In this document: piece by piece, positions 50,601 to 59,200 of the stretch
Numbering within the stretch: position 1 is the stretch's first letter
How the letters are laid out: every line of letters begins with the position of its first letter
Assembly: GCF_947492405.1 (NCBI RefSeq)
Contig: NZ_CANLMP010000008.1
Location: 225,435 to 289,434, forward strand
Length of the DNA: 64,000 bases
Reading direction: 5' to 3'
Source of the DNA: an uncultured Aquimarina sp.
GTDB taxonomy: Bacteria; Bacteroidota; Bacteroidia; Flavobacteriales; Flavobacteriaceae
Program-made: the position numbers and the translations under genes
The notes under the pieces: generated by a model
The model's database searches: none
The model's input: only the letters and a program-made list of their open reading frames with translations
Told to the model about the DNA's origin: nothing

Positions 50601-51490
50601 ACTCATTATTAGGTAAACAGATTGAGTTTACTGTGAATGAGCAGATTACTGATTCCAAAATTATTGTCTTCAGAAAACCTGATTTTGATTTCATTAATTC
50701 AGAACCAAAATATTTTAATGATGATACAGTAGCTTCTGTAAACTTTACCGTTCAAGGAGTTGATTTACCAGCAGGTGTTAAATATTTCTGGGATTTTGGA
50801 GATGATACCCTTCCAGATAACAGAACTGATGAGAATCCGCGACACGAATATAAGTTGCCCGTAAACGAAGAAAACTTAGTTACTGTAACCTTAACAATTA
50901 CTAATGGTAAATGTAGTCATTCAGTTTCTCACGACATACAATTTGAAGTGGAAGTAGTGGATAGAGAATGTATTGAAAATGCAAACACAACTATCGAAAT
51001 AGGTTTACAAGAATTACCTGAGTTTAATGATATCTCAGAGAATATAAAACAAGAAATCTTTGATCCTACGATGACTCAGTATAAAGAAGTGTTGGAACAG
51101 TTCGAAGCATTTGTTAATGGAGATCTTGATGAGGAGTTAAATACAAGGTTTGTAGACTTAATACAAACTACAGCAAAAACAATTCTAACATTAGATGATC
51201 AAGATACTTTCGAATTTTTTGCCGTTACAAATATATTTAGGCTACAAGTACAATTAGTGTATAGCATTCTATGCTGTCAATCCAATGAATTACTGGAGAA
51301 GTTCGAAACAATAATTGAGGAGGTACTGCTAGAAATTAATCAATCTCTCGAGCAATTCAGGGAGAATCAGATAGAAGTAGATAAAGAAGGAAGACTTAAG
51401 GAGTTCCTAAATATTACTTTGGAGAAAGTTGAAGAAAAAGAACTTTTACTAAGGAATATTAAAATGCAATTAGAAATTCTCAATTCTTAA
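47651..51490 (+). CDS. Tail-fibre/crown protein (Afp13-like) with PKD domain
   Basis: FVDDQVLTAEQLN, RLTR..L.G.GIVCGL N-terminus; GLEHKAGV..GGTFV.VY; ADFALPYLCC; YFWDFGD PKD motif. Confidence 0.8.
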   Translation: MATIRLEEITTQYRSFVDDQVLTAEQLNTIIEYFEDQHRLTRICLNGVGIVCGLDVTFIENTSITVSDGCAVTTDGDLIKYLAKTYTHTKLFEDKDANYSKFIGVSDIHELLTTEESQSTEASALDAMDDIADKVVVLYLENFAKEETPCTSTDCDTQGKEQVANIRMLLLSKNDVKTISNKDNDPIFDKHNNIKKFINLPEISVKRVILKNEYVLGNLRNAVISKNSNTADYFKLKNSYYDVIKNTSVITDLKAGITRFFTDFKTLLDTDSLVVNTSSAINNRIDSIFNFKITNIPLDIQYRYDVLKDVVSTYNEIKCLLFDLRVICCPDKNSFPKHLLLGELTPASTYLECRHSFYPSPIIPHGKEKWEEIRNLILKIYYMLQEYNITQSALTDIKVTPSLGYDTSLSKRSIPYYYSTSKNLIENWDYLKTKKYEEDQNLGYRSTNLSDSDPIQNPLDYNIDGNDFYRIEGHLGKDYRTAIKDLDTIKNEKGLAFDIKVLSIDETLESLDLSDYKCQFEDLNAVLKAWRAEQNCLNANVAKFFSGFSTKDKGRHKYYKVDSFETAANSVVSEEPMVSERVLLSPISSITNINIPLDTVTLDASFREIGGFQTVYDVDTVVVDNIIKEEDVLGKVIDKAFKEKPEGSAEDIIAVIKKDIDEDPIISSWETEVKDVAINQPAEILAHTKVATRYIPNSVEEMDVKRINDYKITIESLCEKVEAYKKKTTGLLYAESTNYRRAGFEQQYALLLNQLSINCCAAEKIEILLEEIQKRKEEVLAQKLLSKFVEKHSGLEHKAGVKPGGTFVMVYKGKSESTGRTPSLVSNAIASTAITTANLPSLNLLGVNNPTVSVAGINPTAVINPNILEANSALTALSTVDFSRFRDLLVPPIANVTENTVVADFALPYLCCSDCAPTAFIIPKQPVSLRLPVDFVCLHEGRTPIAFEVIPADGIVAANVDEGLNGGVTQIDGKYFFDATQISDSLLGKQIEFTVNEQITDSKIIVFRKPDFDFINSEPKYFNDDTVASVNFTVQGVDLPAGVKYFWDFGDDTLPDNRTDENPRHEYKLPVNEENLVTVTLTITNGKCSHSVSHDIQFEVEVVDRECIENANTTIEIGLQELPEFNDISENIKQEIFDPTMTQYKEVLEQFEAFVNGDLDEELNTRFVDLIQTTAKTILTLDDQDTFEFFAVTNIFRLQVQLVYSILCCQSNELLEKFETIIEEVLLEINQSLEQFRENQIEVDKEGRLKEFLNITLEKVEEKELLLRNIKMQLEILNS

Positions 51491-51494
51491 AAGG

Positions 51495-53171
51495 ATGATT
51501 GAACAAAAACATATCATAAATAAAGTTTTCTTTGAGGTTAATACGTCGAATACTAAGACGGCGTATGATCTCAAGGATAATCTTGATACGTTTTTAAAAC
51601 AAAGTTTGTTTCCTACAATTCAGGCATATTTTGACAGTTTAACTTCAGGAAAAGATCAAATAATCCGATTTGATAAACTAGAATTAAATATTGATAGTAC
51701 CGATGTAAAAGATCAAGTACAATTACAATTAGACATTATTAAGTCACTACAAAAACAATTAAAACCGAAAAAAGAATCAAAAACTTTTACAGAAAAGGAT
51801 CCTGCATTTTTGATCACTAACCAAGAAAAAAGTGATATCGAAACGTTCTTCTATTTCTTGAAATTCGGTCAGAACCCTTGGTGGGTATCAAAAAATGATA
51901 TAGAAGATAATACGTTTTTGGAAGCAGTCATTTCTAGTAAAAACTTCAGAAAAAAACTTAATCCGTATTTATTAGATACGAGTGTTCGTCAAAGATTAGT
52001 GTATCAATTTTCTGATGAGGTACTACTAAAAATTTTGGGCAGTGATAAATTAGATTTTCAATTTCCAAAAATCCTTAAAGCAAAAAAAGTTAGAGAACAC
52101 TATTGGGAACTACTTTTTAAATATATAGGAGATAGAAATATAAGGGTTTTACAAGGTGGTTTTGTAATGCTGTTTTCAGAACTAAAAAAAGACGATAAAA
52201 TTCAAAAAAATGTCAGTAAAATTTTATCAAAAGAAGTAACACGAATAATCGAATTAGAAAAGACGGATATACTTCAAAAAACAAACAAACATCTCAAAGT
52301 ATTAGAACTAAGGAATTCTATACTAAAAAGTGTAGAAAAAATAGTTGTTAAGGAACTGAAATCAATTAAGAAAAAAGAAGAAGTAAAAGAAGCTTTCAAA
52401 ATTAAAGTTTATAATGAACTACACGGAGAGTTTAAAGAGTTTATTAACACCAGATTTTTAAATGAAATCATAAAAGTAAGCGCTGAGCTATTCCATCAAA
52501 TACTCCAAGAAGAGTTTTACAGTTTTCAAGAAAAAATACTTCCTTTTACTTCAGAATTGATATCAAAAAAACTAGAGGGATTTCGATATAATGAGATAGA
52601 ACTTTTAGATAAACCAATAAACAAAAATCAATATCTAGAACTTCAGGAAACCCCAAAAGTAGCAACTGATTTTTATCAATATATCCAAAACGGAGGGTTG
52701 CTTTTATTACATCCATATATAGAAAGGTTGTTTTCTGAATTAAAGTTACTAACCAGGGAAAAGAAAATTAAAGAGAAAAAAGTAGCATTGGCCATTCATT
52801 TATTACATTATCTAGCTACTAAGAGAGAAAAACAAATAGAAAGTGATTTGGTTTTTGAAAAATTCTTATGTGGATATCCCATAAATAAACCAATCCGTAA
52901 AAATATAAGATTACCCCAGAACTTTAAGGAAGAAGCAGAGCTTTTACTAAAAGCTTTATTGAACAATTGGAAGGCGTTAAAAAATACTTCTACAGACGGT
53001 TTAAGAGAGAATTTTATTAAAAGAGAAGGTAAGTTAATGTCAGATGATCCTTCGAGATATCGAGTTATTGTAGAGCGTAAGACACAAGACATTTTATTAG
53101 AAAAATTACCATGGAATCTAACTATTATTAAGCTTCCATGGATAGATAGACTAATTTTTGTTGAATGGTAA
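51495..53171 (+). CDS. Contractile injection system tape measure protein (Afp14-like)
   Basis: HII.KV.FEV N-terminus; NGGLLLLHPY, HLLHYLA, LKNTS.DGLR.NF..REGKL, QDILLEKLPW C-terminus. Confidence 0.88.
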   Translation: MIEQKHIINKVFFEVNTSNTKTAYDLKDNLDTFLKQSLFPTIQAYFDSLTSGKDQIIRFDKLELNIDSTDVKDQVQLQLDIIKSLQKQLKPKKESKTFTEKDPAFLITNQEKSDIETFFYFLKFGQNPWWVSKNDIEDNTFLEAVISSKNFRKKLNPYLLDTSVRQRLVYQFSDEVLLKILGSDKLDFQFPKILKAKKVREHYWELLFKYIGDRNIRVLQGGFVMLFSELKKDDKIQKNVSKILSKEVTRIIELEKTDILQKTNKHLKVLELRNSILKSVEKIVVKELKSIKKKEEVKEAFKIKVYNELHGEFKEFINTRFLNEIIKVSAELFHQILQEEFYSFQEKILPFTSELISKKLEGFRYNEIELLDKPINKNQYLELQETPKVATDFYQYIQNGGLLLLHPYIERLFSELKLLTREKKIKEKKVALAIHLLHYLATKREKQIESDLVFEKFLCGYPINKPIRKNIRLPQNFKEEAELLLKALLNNWKALKNTSTDGLRENFIKREGKLMSDDPSRYRVIVERKTQDILLEKLPWNLTIIKLPWIDRLIFVEW

Positions 53172-53183
53172 AATATAAAAGTA

Positions 53184-53672
53184 ATGAAAACAACACTCTA
53201 CATTTTAGCACTATTTACACTCACTATCATTTTATTGTATCAGTTTGATATGGATATTTTAGAACTGAAACCATTAAAGGATATAGATCTAAGTACTTTA
53301 TTGATTTCATTTCCAATTTTATTGGCATTAGTAGAGCGATTCAATGAACTTTTTGTAATAAAAAGAATCAATCAGATCCAGACCGATGAAAACCCCGAAA
53401 ATCGGACTCCTAAAAAAAACTTTAGACATACTACTTTAACATCATTTACGATAGGATTACTGATTGCAATTGTTGGGTTTAGAATTTTAGAAACATTTAT
53501 GAATCCGCCTATAGAAACCCAAGTATTCCAAAACGTAGCATTCAGAAGTCTGGATTGTATTCTTACTGCGGCTATAATAGCAGGAGGAACAGATGGCTGG
53601 CATCAATTGGTCAGTCTAATCAGCGATATCACAAAAGCAAAACGAAAAGAAATTAAGGAGGATACAGCATGA
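53184..53672 (+). CDS. Small multi-TM membrane protein (holin-like candidate)
   Basis: Three to four hydrophobic helices, IIAGGTDGWHQL, basic C-terminus; ATGA overlap with the next gene. Confidence 0.55.
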   Translation: MKTTLYILALFTLTIILLYQFDMDILELKPLKDIDLSTLLISFPILLALVERFNELFVIKRINQIQTDENPENRTPKKNFRHTTLTSFTIGLLIAIVGFRILETFMNPPIETQVFQNVAFRSLDCILTAAIIAGGTDGWHQLVSLISDITKAKRKEIKEDTA

Positions 53673-55489
53673 GATTACAAAGAAAGAAAAAAACAAGAAC
53701 ACAAACCCAGGCAGAAGGTGCTTTTATACAACCAAAGTTAAAAGTTGGACAACCAGGTGATAAGTATGAAGTAGAAGCAGATACGATGGCGGATAAAGTG
53801 GTAAGTAAAACATCTTCTAATTCAGAAGGTGCTATTCAGAAGAAAGGAACTTCAGAAGAAGAAGTACAACAGAAACCATTAGCATCTTCAATTACTCCTT
53901 TGGTGCAAACCAGTATGTTTAAAGATAAAAATGAAGGAGCGGTTCAGAAGATGGAAGAAGAAGAGCCCGTTCAGGCAATGGAGGAAGAAGAACCCGTTCA
54001 AAAACAAGAAGAGGAAGAAGCTGTTCAGGAGATGGAAGAAGAGGAATCAGTTCAAGCAATGGAGGAAGAAGAATCAGTTCAAGCAATGGAAGAAGAGGAA
54101 TCAGTTCAAGCGATGGAGGAAGAAGAATCAGTTCAGGCAAAGTGCGACGAATGCGAAAATGAAGAATCTGTACAAAAAATGGGAGAGGAAGAGGAAGTGC
54201 AAACTAAATCCAAATCAAATTCTCCTATAGAGTCTAAGTTAAAAAATAGTAAAGGAAAAGGAAACCCTATTTCCGGGGACACTAAAAATGAAATGGAATC
54301 TGGTTTTGGAGCAGACTTTAGCAATGTAAACATTCATACAGATGCCAATGCGATTCAAATGAGTCAGGAACTAGGAGCTCAGGCTTTTACCCATGGTAAT
54401 GATGTATATTTTAATAAAGGAAAATATAATCCAAATTCTAAATCTGGGAAACATTTGTTGGCGCATGAGCTTACACATACTGTTCAGCAAAGCGGAATGG
54501 TAAATAAAAAGATTCAGAAGAAACACAAACTAGAAAATGATCCAAAAGATGCGCCTTCAGCAATGAGTTGTAACATTGCAAATAGTAGTGCATCTGGGAT
54601 TCAAATGAGTATTAATCATGGAATCGGAAGTAGTAATTTATCCGCATCTGATAAAAGTATGTTGTCCAATCTGGCAATGAACTGGCATGCTTCTGGAGGT
54701 ACAGATGTTATCAGGATTGATGGGTTTGCAAGTATCGATGGAAAACCAGAACTTAATTGGGGACTATCGTGCGATAGAGCTGAAAAAGTAGCACAAGAAC
54801 TAATGCATCCATCTGATGGATCAAAAGGAATACCGTTAACAAGCATCAAAACATTTGCAAATGGAGAAACCAATCAGTTTTCTAAGTCCTTAGGACCTAA
54901 TAGAAGAGCCATGATGACCATCCCAAAATCAGTACCACCACCAACTCCCAAGAAAAAGAAGCCAAAACAAAAAACGATCACGTTAAATGTTGTGCATGTA
55001 AAAGGAAGTAGCGGTAATGTATCCAGTGCTATAAATTATGCAAACAACGAAGTGTATTACCAGGCTAATATCAAAGTGGTTAAAGGTAAGGAGGTTACAT
55101 TGTCTAGATTTATTTCTACAGCTCTAATAGGAAGTGATCTTGTCCTCGAAGAGTTTAGTAGTGCAACTAGTCCGACAACCGAAGAAAGAGCCTTATTACC
55201 GCTGAATCAGAAGAATAATCAAATTACATTGTTTTACGTCAAAAAGTTAAGTAAAGGCAGTTTGGGTGAAAACTTTAGACCTGGTCACGGTACGGGACTT
55301 TTAGGGACTGTAGTGAGTAATTCAGGAACCGATAATACAGTATCTCACGAAATGGGACATATGCTGTTAGATCGCGGAACACATAATGTTCCGGATGACA
55401 CGTATTTGATGCATGCGACCGCTTCCAATCCTAAAAAATTGACACCAGAAGAAATCAAAACAATAAGATCAAGCCCTTTTGTGAAATAA
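53669..55489 (+). CDS. DUF4157 (eCIS core) protein with OmpA-like and zincin-type C-terminal domains
   Basis: QPKL leader, acidic repeats, AQAFTHG...LLAHELTHTVQQ, IDGFASIDG..N..LS..RA OmpA-like motif, HEMGH at 55346-55360. Confidence 0.82.
   Translation: MRLQRKKKTRTQTQAEGAFIQPKLKVGQPGDKYEVEADTMADKVVSKTSSNSEGAIQKKGTSEEEVQQKPLASSITPLVQTSMFKDKNEGAVQKMEEEEPVQAMEEEEPVQKQEEEEAVQEMEEEESVQAMEEEESVQAMEEEESVQAMEEEESVQAKCDECENEESVQKMGEEEEVQTKSKSNSPIESKLKNSKGKGNPISGDTKNEMESGFGADFSNVNIHTDANAIQMSQELGAQAFTHGNDVYFNKGKYNPNSKSGKHLLAHELTHTVQQSGMVNKKIQKKHKLENDPKDAPSAMSCNIANSSASGIQMSINHGIGSSNLSASDKSMLSNLAMNWHASGGTDVIRIDGFASIDGKPELNWGLSCDRAEKVAQELMHPSDGSKGIPLTSIKTFANGETNQFSKSLGPNRRAMMTIPKSVPPPTPKKKKPKQKTITLNVVHVKGSSGNVSSAINYANNEVYYQANIKVVKGKEVTLSRFISTALIGSDLVLEEFSSATSPTTEERALLPLNQKNNQITLFYVKKLSKGSLGENFRPGHGTGLLGTVVSNSGTDNTVSHEMGHMLLDRGTHNVPDDTYLMHATASNPKKLTPEEIKTIRSSPFVK
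53942..54130 (+). repeat. 27-bp in-frame tandem repeat (VQxMEEEES) x7
   Basis: Units start at 53942, 53969, 53996, 54023, 54050, 54077, 54104; degenerate copies continue to about 54200. Confidence 0.9.
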
Positions 55490-55517
55490 ATTATGACGTG
55501 TGATAAAATAAGAAATC

Positions 55518-56189
55518 ATGAAAACTTTACTAAACGATTTACATCTATACGAATTAATACTCCTGTTTTTAGGCGTATTCTTATTTTTAATTCTAAGTGC
55601 AGGATTAGTGTACTACATTCTTAAAAAAGAGGAGATTAAGAAATTACTGTTGTTTTTCCCTATTCCTATTTTAATGATAGGGTATCCTAGTGTTAAAGAG
55701 GTTACTATTTCTAGCGATAAAATTGCGTTTTCTAAATACCAAGAAGAATATATTCAAAATCCTAATGATACTATAACCAAACAAAGATTAGAAGAACTCA
55801 CAGAAAAACTGGAAGAAAGAGCAAATACACCAGAAGATATCATACAAATTAGTAAAGCAAAATTGCTCTTAGGCAATGCCAAAGAAGCAATCGAATATGC
55901 AGATAAAGCCATTAAAATCGAGCAAAAAAGATCGGGTTCGGATGGTGGTGAGACACTCATGGTAGACACAAGTACTGGCGACATAAATACTCCAACAAAA
56001 CAATCTAAAACTACTAACAAAGCGATTCAGTTAAAACAGTTAGCTCGAGTTCAAAATATGGAAAATGATAATCTGGATACTGCTGCTTTAAAAGCCAAAA
56101 TACGAAGTATCAAAGTTGATGATGAACTAAAAGGAACTAAAAATATCATAGTTAAAAGAAAAACCTTAGAAAGGTTACGGGATCAATAA
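55518..56189 (+). CDS. Membrane protein with TPR-like segment
   Basis: Two N-terminal TM helices, AKLLLGNAKEAIEYADKAI TPR-like helix pair. Confidence 0.65.
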   Translation: MKTLLNDLHLYELILLFLGVFLFLILSAGLVYYILKKEEIKKLLLFFPIPILMIGYPSVKEVTISSDKIAFSKYQEEYIQNPNDTITKQRLEELTEKLEERANTPEDIIQISKAKLLLGNAKEAIEYADKAIKIEQKRSGSDGGETLMVDTSTGDINTPTKQSKTTNKAIQLKQLARVQNMENDNLDTAALKAKIRSIKVDDELKGTKNIIVKRKTLERLRDQ

Positions 56190-56251
56190 TTATCACTTGA
56201 AAGTTTCAGAAAATAAAAATCAATCATAAGAATGAGATATAATAATAAGTA

Positions 56252-59200
56252 ATGTTTAAAACGGCAACGGCACATACTACAAATGCTAAATCAAGCAATT
56301 CTTCTCTTTTTCAAAAAGAGACAGGTGATAGTGCCTTTATTCAGCCTAAATTAAACATTGGTAAACCCGGAGATAAGTACGAAGTAGAAGCAGATCGAGT
56401 TGCAGATACTATTGTAGCCAAAGGGAATGATCAAAGCAATTCGTTTTTTAGCCCGGCACCACTTGTACAAAAACAATCAGAAGAAGAGGTTCAAAAACAA
56501 GAATACACCGAGAATCAGATCCAACAGAAACCATTAGTAGAACATATAAGCCCTCTAGTTCAAAGACAGGTTGAAGAAGAACCTTTACAACAAAAAGAAG
56601 AGGAAGAAATTCAAAAACAACCAGAGGAAGAAGTACAGCAAAAAGAAGCAGTTCCAGAAACAACGATCCAGGAAAAAACAGAAAGTAGTTCTGTAGTTCC
56701 GGAGATACAGAAACAAGAGGAAGAAATTCAGGAAAAAGAAGAAGAAGAGGAAGATATGCCGGTTCAAACCAAAGCGAATACGGCTGTCAGTTCGAGCGGA
56801 GTCGAGAACTCATCCATAGAATCTCGATTACATAGCTCTAAAGGAGGAGGTTCTCCCTTACCAAAAGATACTAAAACCCAAATGGAGTCTGGTTTTGGTA
56901 CTGATTTTAGTAATGTAAGAGTACATACAGATTCCAATGCGAAACAAATGAGTCAAGATATGGGTGCACAAGCGTTTACCCATGGGAATGATATCTATTT
57001 TAATGAAGGGAAATTTGATACATCTTCCAATTCCGGAAAACATCTATTAGCTCATGAGTTGACTCACACTGTACAACAAGGAGGAGGTATTAAGCGTAAA
57101 GTTCAGAATGTAACTTCAGCTCCAAAAATGATTCAAGGTTTTGGTATTCTAGATTTAATACCAAATTGGATTATAAACAACGCGCGTCATATTCCTGGAT
57201 ATCTATTGTTTACAGTGATCATACAATATGATCCGTTGTTAGGTCAGCGTGTAGAGCCAACACCAATCAATTTACTTAGAGGTTTAATGGGATTAGTTCC
57301 TTTTGGAACAGCAATTTTTGATAAACTACAGGAATATAATATCATCCAACGAGTATTTGATTGGGTAAGTGGAAGATTAGGAGAACTCAATCTAACCACG
57401 CAGGGAATATTGGATCTGGTTGAAGAAGCTTGGGATGAGTCGTCTCTTACTACGTTTATTGACGTTGTTAGAGAAAAATTTAATGAATTACTCAGCAGAA
57501 TTGAACTCTTCGCTATTTCGCTAGTCGATCAGATTCTTACTTGGATTAAAGAAGCACTAATCGATGTAGCAGAGCCTATTTTAGAGGAAAATCGTGCCTG
57601 GTCACTCATTAAAAAAATCATACACTACGATCCACTTAGAGATGAAGAAGTAACAGCTACTACGGTAGAAATTCTAGAAGATTTCTTAATGCTTATCGGT
57701 AAAGAAACTGAACTCGAGCAAATGAGAGAAAGGGGAACCTTGCAGGAAACAGCGGATTGGCTGGATACACAGGTAGGTACTTTTATGTCATTATTAGGTG
57801 AGTTACGTGGTTTGATTACGGCAGCTTGGGATGCGATTCGACCTGCTAATCTAACAGAGATAGCAACTAACTTAACAGCATTATCAGGTCGTGTTACAGG
57901 CTTCTTAGAACGCGTATGGGCATTTGCACTGACTGTGGCTATAGAAGTATTGAAACTTATTAAAAAAGCATTACTCAGTTGGCTTTCTTCGGTAGCTAAT
58001 GAAACCAGAGGATTCTCTCTTGTAAAAGTAATCATTGGAAAAGATCCTTTTACTGATGAGCGAGTGCCCAGAACTGTTCCTAATCTTATCCGTGGATTCA
58101 TGAGTCTTATGGATGGAGGAGAAGCACAATATGCGCAGATGGTTGAAACCGGTGCCATAGCAAGAATAACGGGTGAAATTGAAGCCGCCGTGGAGACATT
58201 AAACATGACTCCAGAGTCCATTGTACAGTTGTTTACAGATTTATGGAATTCGTTTTCTATTGATGACCTTCTCAATCCAATAGATGCATTCATTAGAATT
58301 ATTGACACATTCGGAGAACCAATTGGCAGATTAATAGCTTTTGTAGCAGAAATAGTGAGAATAGTGATCGTTGCGATTTTGGAAATAATGAATTTCCCAT
58401 TTGAGTTGATCGGAAATATTATTACAAGATCACTTCAAGCTATGGAAGATATCAAACGAGATCCAATAGGCTTCCTGAAAAATATACTAAGAGCTATTAA
58501 GGAAGGTTTTGTGAAATTCTTTGATAATATCGTTACTCATTTAATCAATGGAGTGATGGGCTGGCTCATGCGAGAGTTAAGAGATGCTGGCATTCCGGAG
58601 TTAACAGACTTCTCCTTGCAAGGAGTGATCAGTTGGGTCTTAGAAGTATTAGGGCTGTCTATGGAAAGGATCTGGGAGAAATTGGCAGAACATCCACGTA
58701 TAGGACCAGAGCGAGTAGCTCGAATACGAGGAGCTATTAATACACTAGAAGGTATTTGGACATTTATCAAAGATGTACAAGAAAGGGGTATCGCGGCGAT
58801 CTGGGATAAAATTCAGGAGCAGCTTAGTAACCTTTGGAATATTGTGCTAGATGCGGTTAAAAATTTCGTAATGACACGAATCATTACCCAAATAACCACA
58901 AAATTATTGAGCATGTTAGATCCAACCGGTATCATGGCAGTGATCAATGGTGCTATGGCCTTCTTTAATGCAATACAGAGTTTTATTCAGTATCTCCGTG
59001 AAATGCTGGAAGTGATAAATTCATTTGTCAATGGAGTAGCTGATATTGCTCAAGGAAATGTAGCAACTGCAGCAGATTATCTGGAACGAACCATGGGACA
59101 ATCTATGCCTGTAGTTATTGGATTCCTTGCCAATCAAGTTGGGTTGGGTGGAATAGGAGCTAGAATAGCAGAGATTATAGGATCAGTGAGAGCGTTAATA

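Noticed and set aside
53942-54200. 27-bp repeats as a CRISPR array
   Set aside because: Units are contiguous with no spacers, in frame within a CDS, and no cas genes are present
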